IMG/VR virus record: IMGVR_UViG_2585427783_000002
Length of the DNA: 10,125 nucleotides
Direction: 5' to 3' (one strand)
Source: a virus
Taxonomy: Duplodnaviria; Heunggongvirae; Uroviricota; Caudoviricetes
Shown: piece by piece, positions 5,789 to 10,125 of the stretch
Position numbering within the stretch: position 1 is the first letter of the stretch
Layout of the letters: every line of letters begins with the position of its first letter
Program-made: the position numbers and the translations under genes
Notes under the pieces: generated by a model
Told to the model about the DNA's origin: nothing
Database searches by the model: none
The model's input: the letters and a program-made list of their open reading frames with translations, nothing else

Positions 5789-8582
5789 TATCCGGGTCGC
5801 TTTCAGCGCCGTTGACAGGCTGACCCGGCCTGCCGAAAACGCCCGCCGCCTGATGGGGCAGTTTGGTGACTCCATCCAGCGAACGCAGGGGGCGATCAAA
5901 AATCTCGAGCGTCAGGCGCGTTCATTTGAGCGCGCCCGTGACGCTGTCAGTAAAGCGGATGCGGGCATCGTGAAAGCACGACGCCAGCTTAACGCCCTTA
6001 ATCAGTTACAACGCACGGGTACAGTGCTCAGCGAAAAACAACAAAAGCTGATGCAGCAGTTAAGCACCCGGCTTGAACGCCTGAATGAATCGCGCACACG
6101 GGAAATTCAGAAAATGCGGGAACTTGGCGGAGAGCTGAAACGCCACGGCATTTCCCTGACAGGCAGCGATAACACCATCCAGCAGGCCATCAGACGCACC
6201 GAACAGTACAACAATCAGCTTGAACGCGAACGGCAGGCGCTTGCGCGTGTAACGCGGGCGCGTGAGCGGTATTCGCGCGCGCAGGAAACCGCGGGAAAAC
6301 TGAAAACAGGTGGTGCGCTGACAATTGGTGCGGCAGCGGCTGGCGGCTATGCTGCCGGGCGTTTTTTGCAGCCTGCGATCGGGTTCGGGAAAGAGATGTC
6401 CCGCGTTCAGGCACTGACGCGAATCGACAAGAACAGCCCGCAGTTTAAGGCGCTGCGTGAGCAGGCGTTAAAACTTGGCTCTGAAACGCAGTTCACCGCA
6501 GGCGATGCCGCCAGTGGGCAGGCATTTCTGGCAATGGCTGGCTTCACACCGCAGGCCATTCAGGCTGCGCTTCCCGGCGTGCTGAGCATGGCAACGGCTG
6601 GCGGTATGGACCTTGGCGAGACGGCAGATATTGGCTCAAATATCCTGACGCAGTTCGGCCTCTCCGCTGACCAGATGGACCGGGTCGGTGACACGCTTAC
6701 AGCAGTGTTTACCCGTACTAACACTGACCTTCGCGCACTGGGCGAAACCATGAAATATGCAGGTCCGGTGGCGGGTAAGCTGGGAATATCGCTGGAGCAG
6801 GCCGCAGCGATGGCGGGCGTGCTGGCGAATATGGGTATCAGAGGGAGTGATGCCGGGACGGCAATGCGTGCCAGCCTGGCTCGTCTGGCATCACCGCCAA
6901 AGGCGGCAGCAGAAGCGCTGAAAGAGCTGGGTGTGTCCGCCTCTGATGCGAACGGCAAAATGCGCCCGATGGAAGATGTGCTGGCCGACCTTTATAAAGC
7001 CACCCGTAAATACGGGGAAGTTGACCGGGTATCGTTCTTTAAGGACATTGCCGGGGAAGAGGCTTTCACGTCGTTTATGGCTCTCGTTGATGCGGCGGGT
7101 GACGGCTCCCTGCCCAAACTGAGAAAAGAACTTGAGGGCGCACGCGGTGAGGCTGAACGCACGGCAAAGGTTATGGCCAATAACCTTGATGGCGACCTGA
7201 AATCACTCGGCAGTGCATGGGAAGGGCTGCGTATCCGCATTGCAGATCTGATTGATGGTCCGCTGCGTTCTGTCACGCAGTGGCTCACGCGGGTGGTCTC
7301 AAAGGTGACGGCGCTGGCACAGGCCCATCCGGTACTGACGCGCCAGTTACTGATAGCAGGCGGTGCGCTGCTGGCAATGACTGCAACGGTTGGCTCGTTG
7401 TCGCTGGTTATTGGAGTGCTTCACGGGAAGCTGGCCACGTTGCGTCTTGGTTTTTCTCTCCTGACCGGATCAATGAATGCTGTCAGGCTCCTGCCAGCAC
7501 TATGGGGAATGGTGACGGGTTCCGTTTCGTTACTGGGGGGCGCTATCGGGGCGCTGTTCAGCCCGGTCGGATTGATTGCTGCTGCGTTTGTGGCTGCGGC
7601 GGTTCTCATCTGGAAATACTGGGAACCCATCAAGGCGTTTTATGCCGGGGTGTTCAGCGGGATTATGGAGCGGCTGGCCCCGTTACGCGAAACCTTTGAA
7701 CGGTTTGGTCCTGTTTTTGACGCAATCGGAAGCGGGATAAGTCAGGTGTTTAACTGGTTTAAATCGTTGCTGTCACCGATGGAGTCCAGCAAGGAAACGC
7801 TGGATAAATGTACCAGTGCTGGCGAGATATTCGGTAACGTTCTTGGCGGTGCGTTACAGCTTGTTCTGACGCCCGCAAAAATGTTGCTGGATACGCTGGC
7901 GTGGATACTTGAAAAACTCGGTGTGCTTCCGGATGAAGCGGAAAGGGCGAGAAAGAAAATCGAAGACGCACAGCGTGCGGCCATTCTTCAGGACAAGGTT
8001 GCTCTGTTTCAGGGAGACATTGCGAAAATCAATCCGCCGAAGTCTGCGGAAAATGGCAATGGCACCGGAGGTGATAAACCCAAAGACAATAAACCGCTCA
8101 CAGACAGCAATACCGGTACGCTACGCAGACTCAGCAAAATTGCTGATAACACAGGTAAGCTGGTTGATGAGACGAAAAAACGTATTGGCCCCGGCGATAT
8201 TGTCTTTAAGAACCTGCCCCGCGCACTTGCCGTTCGTGGGGAGTGGCAGGAGCGGAAGATTGTGCAGGTCAGTAAGCCTGCCCCCGCAATTAATATCACA
8301 CCCGTGGTCCCGGCTCCGCTGCCTCCGGCGCTGGTCCCTGTTGTTGCGGCCAGCTCCCGCCCGGTGGCGGAGGCCATACGATCTCCAGTGGCATCAGTTC
8401 CTGTAACTTCCCGTAACCGGGAGCCTGTTGCCTCCGGATTTGGTGGTGAAATTCATGTTCATCTGCATAACGTTGTTACGCAGAATCCCCGCGAACTGGC
8501 GAAACTGGTCGGTGAAATGGTCAGGGCAGAAATGGAACGGCGCGCCCGTGCCGGGCGTGGCAGTTTTTACGATAAAGATTGA
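5766..8582 (+). CDS. T: Tail tape measure protein (P2 gpT-like)
   Basis: 938-aa ORF with a coiled-coil-rich N-terminal region, a glycine/alanine-rich hydrophobic central segment and a proline-rich C-terminus, sitting between E/E-prime and U. The start could instead be the ATG at 5775. Confidence 0.9.
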   Translation: MQTMKTLDIRVAFSAVDRLTRPAENARRLMGQFGDSIQRTQGAIKNLERQARSFERARDAVSKADAGIVKARRQLNALNQLQRTGTVLSEKQQKLMQQLSTRLERLNESRTREIQKMRELGGELKRHGISLTGSDNTIQQAIRRTEQYNNQLERERQALARVTRARERYSRAQETAGKLKTGGALTIGAAAAGGYAAGRFLQPAIGFGKEMSRVQALTRIDKNSPQFKALREQALKLGSETQFTAGDAASGQAFLAMAGFTPQAIQAALPGVLSMATAGGMDLGETADIGSNILTQFGLSADQMDRVGDTLTAVFTRTNTDLRALGETMKYAGPVAGKLGISLEQAAAMAGVLANMGIRGSDAGTAMRASLARLASPPKAAAEALKELGVSASDANGKMRPMEDVLADLYKATRKYGEVDRVSFFKDIAGEEAFTSFMALVDAAGDGSLPKLRKELEGARGEAERTAKVMANNLDGDLKSLGSAWEGLRIRIADLIDGPLRSVTQWLTRVVSKVTALAQAHPVLTRQLLIAGGALLAMTATVGSLSLVIGVLHGKLATLRLGFSLLTGSMNAVRLLPALWGMVTGSVSLLGGAIGALFSPVGLIAAAFVAAAVLIWKYWEPIKAFYAGVFSGIMERLAPLRETFERFGPVFDAIGSGISQVFNWFKSLLSPMESSKETLDKCTSAGEIFGNVLGGALQLVLTPAKMLLDTLAWILEKLGVLPDEAERARKKIEDAQRAAILQDKVALFQGDIAKINPPKSAENGNGTGGDKPKDNKPLTDSNTGTLRRLSKIADNTGKLVDETKKRIGPGDIVFKNLPRALAVRGEWQERKIVQVSKPAPAINITPVVPAPLPPALVPVVAASSRPVAEAIRSPVASVPVTSRNREPVASGFGGEIHVHLHNVVTQNPRELAKLVGEMVRAEMERRARAGRGSFYDKD

Positions 8583-8594
8583 GGAGTCATGGCC

Positions 8595-9083
8595 ATGATG
8601 ATGATCTACGGCATGTTTGTTTTTGAGCTGCGCACGCTGCCGCATCAGCAGTTACAGCAAAACAAAAGCTGGCGGCATGTGAAAAATGAACGCGTTAACC
8701 GTTCAGCAAGCTGGCAGTATATCGGTGCAGGTGATGATCGCATCGTTCTTTCTGGTGTGCTTTATCCTGAAATTACAGGTGGCGAAGTGTCGCTGTCGCT
8801 GCTGACCACGCAGGCGTATACAGGACGACCCTGGCCTTTGATTGATGGCGTCGGGCAGATTTACGGCATGTATGTCCTGACCGGAACGAACACGACCCGT
8901 TCCGAGTTTGATCGCTACGGTAAGGCGAAAAAGATAGAATTTTCACTGACCCTTGAACGCTGTGATGAGGATTTGCGGGAGCGCCTGCAATCCTCATCGT
9001 TCAGCGATATGCTGTCCGGCTTCAAAGATAAAGTGACATCATCCCTTAACAGCGCGGCCAGTTCAGTTAAAGGGCTGTTCTGA
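8595..9083 (+). CDS. U: Tail protein U (P2 gpU-like)
   Basis: Translation from 8595 begins MMMIYGMFVFELRTLPHQ, matching the gpU N-terminus as I recall it. AGGAG at 8582-8586 is spaced 8 nt from this ATG; the 8589 ATG in the track is only 2 nt from it. Confidence 0.88.
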   Translation: MMMIYGMFVFELRTLPHQQLQQNKSWRHVKNERVNRSASWQYIGAGDDRIVLSGVLYPEITGGEVSLSLLTTQAYTGRPWPLIDGVGQIYGMYVLTGTNTTRSEFDRYGKAKKIEFSLTLERCDEDLRERLQSSSFSDMLSGFKDKVTSSLNSAASSVKGLF

Positions 9084-9090
9084 TTTAATG

Positions 9091-9122
9091 CTGGCCACTC
9101 ATACCTGGTAATAAGTGGCCAG
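9091..9122 (+). terminator. Stem-loop downstream of U; possible operon terminator
   Basis: 9-bp stem CTGGCCACT (9091-9099) / AGTGGCCAG (9114-9122) around a 14-nt loop. The following T-tract is weak (TCTTAAC). Confidence 0.3.
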
Positions 9123-9245
9123 TCTTAACACTCACCATTTGATTGCACCCGCGTTAACGATTTGTTACTGGGTATCAGACATGCTGGATAGCCAGTAGAA
9201 ACATACCATTAAAATTATTACAATAATTGGTCACATGATTATCTT

Positions 9246-9470
9246 ATGCTGAATAATAGAGATATGAATATTAATGAACTTAAAGACTGTATTCACTATG
9301 AAGTAATCGGTAGCGAGCGTCCTTTCTCCTGGCGAAAGGCAATTGTTCGCGCAATAAAACATAGAAGACTTCGTTATTTATTTTGGTGGCGCATAGCCAA
9401 ATACCTTTTTGATAAAGGCGGATACTGCCGGAAGATTGCGGGGAAAATAGAACGTTTCATTCTTGGGTAG
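9246..9470 (+). pseudogene. 5' fragment of a cargo gene cut by IS1; possibly a hexapeptide-repeat acetyltransferase
   Basis: ORF in an AT-rich segment whose stop codon TAG (9468-9470) is supplied by the IS1 terminal repeat. The segment RLRYLFWWRIAKYLFDKGG..KIAGKIERFI resembles the N-terminal region that precedes the hexapeptide repeats in CysE/WcaB-type acetyltransferases. That assignment is tentative and from memory. Confidence 0.45.
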
Positions 9471-9488
9471 TGACTCCAACTTACTGAT
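9466..9488. repeat. IS1 terminal inverted repeat (IRR-type end)
   Basis: Matches the recalled IS1 IRR GGTAATGACTCCAACTTATTGAT with two substitutions. Confidence 0.85.
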
Positions 9489-9985
9489 AGTGTTTTATGT
9501 TCAGATAATGCCCGATGACCTTGTCATGCAGCTCCACCGATTTTGAGAACGACAGTGACTTCCGTCCCAGCCTTGCCAGATGTTGTCTCAGATTCAGATT
9601 ATGTCGCTCAATGCGCTGAGTGTAACACTTGCTGATAACGTGCAGCTTTCCCTTCAGGCGTGATTCATACAGCGGCCAGCCATCCGTCATCCATACCACG
9701 ACCTCAAAGGCCGACAGCAGGCTCAGAAGACGCGCCAGTGTGGCCAGAGTGCGTTCACCGAAAAACGTGGGCCACGACAGTCCTGCGTACCCTGTCATAC
9801 GCGTAAAACAGCCAGCGCTGGCGTGATTTAGCCCCGACGTAGCTCCACTGTTCGTCCATTTCCGCGCAGACGATGACGTCCCTGCCCGGCTGTATGCGCG
9901 AGGTTACCGACTGCGGCCTGAGTTTTTTAAATGGCGGAAAATCGTGTTGAGGCCAACGCCAATAATGCGGGCAGTTGCCCGGCAT
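9481..9985 (-). pseudogene. insB: IS1 insB, frameshifted
   Basis: InsB homology is split between two overlapping frames (track ORFs 9755..9985 and 9481..9798). The break is at the A-run 9761-9765, where this copy has one extra base relative to the canonical ...VVAHVFGERT... coding sequence. Confidence 0.7.
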
Positions 9986-10125
9986 CCAACGCCATTCATG
10001 GCCATATCAATGATTTTCTGGTGCGTACCGGGTTGAGAAGCGGTGTAAGTGAACTGCAGTTGCCATGTTTTACGGCAATGAGAGCAGAGATAGCGCTGAT
10101 GTCCGGCAGTGCTTTTGCCGTTACG
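9904..10125 (-). CDS. insA: IS1 insA, 3' part (5' end beyond the window)
   Basis: The minus-strand translation from the window edge reads [25 protein letters not shown]...LKNSGRSR and stops at 9904-9906, matching InsA. Confidence 0.85.
   Translation of the reverse strand, partial: RNGKSTAGHQRYLCSHCRKTWQLQFTYTASQPGTHQKIIDMAMNGVGCRATARIIGVGLNTIFRHLKNSGRSR
9922..9928 (-). promoter_or_regulatory. IS1 AAAAAAC programmed -1 frameshift motif (insA to insAB)
   Basis: Plus-strand GTTTTTT at 9922-9928 is the reverse complement of the IS1 slippery heptamer, located at the 3' end of insA. Confidence 0.7.

Larger units (their letters stand above)
9466..10125 (-). mobile_element. IS1 insertion sequence, partial (continues past the window end)
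   Basis: Terminal repeat GGTAGTGACTCCAACTTACTGAT at 9466-9488, followed on the minus strand by insB and insA homologues and the A6C frameshift motif. The sequence is a diverged variant of IS1 as I recall it. Confidence 0.95.

Noticed and set aside
5766-8582. Multiple internal ORFs on both strands within T (for example 6560..6958, 6992..7288, 7280..7699, 7909..8406, 8009..8377)
   Set aside because: All lie inside the continuous tape-measure gene, are Ala/Pro/Arg/Ser-rich as expected for off-frame reads of coding DNA, and lack start signals.

Overview
The window runs from a complete host seryl-tRNA synthetase gene (serS, 1..1293) straight into the end of a P2-family prophage remnant and finishes inside an IS1 copy. 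Left to right: serS; a roughly 640-bp non-coding stretch with three hairpin terminators and a short Hok/Gef-family type I toxin gene (1599..1739, minus strand) that is absent from the supplied ORF track; then ogr and tail gene D on the minus strand; then, divergently on the plus strand, tail sheath FI, tail tube FII, chaperone E/E-prime, tape measure T and tail protein U; then an AT-rich segment with a short gene cut by IS1. Three things stand out. First, the hidden hok-like locus, with an overlapping mok-like frame, sits between ogr and the host junction. Second, the tail module is not colinear with P2, because FI-to-U is inverted relative to D-ogr. Third, there are signs of decay: a frame break inside E, a frameshifted insB in the IS1 copy, and the IS1-interrupted gene. 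All calls rest on reading the sequence and on recalled family signatures; no database search was run, so novelty cannot be asserted.
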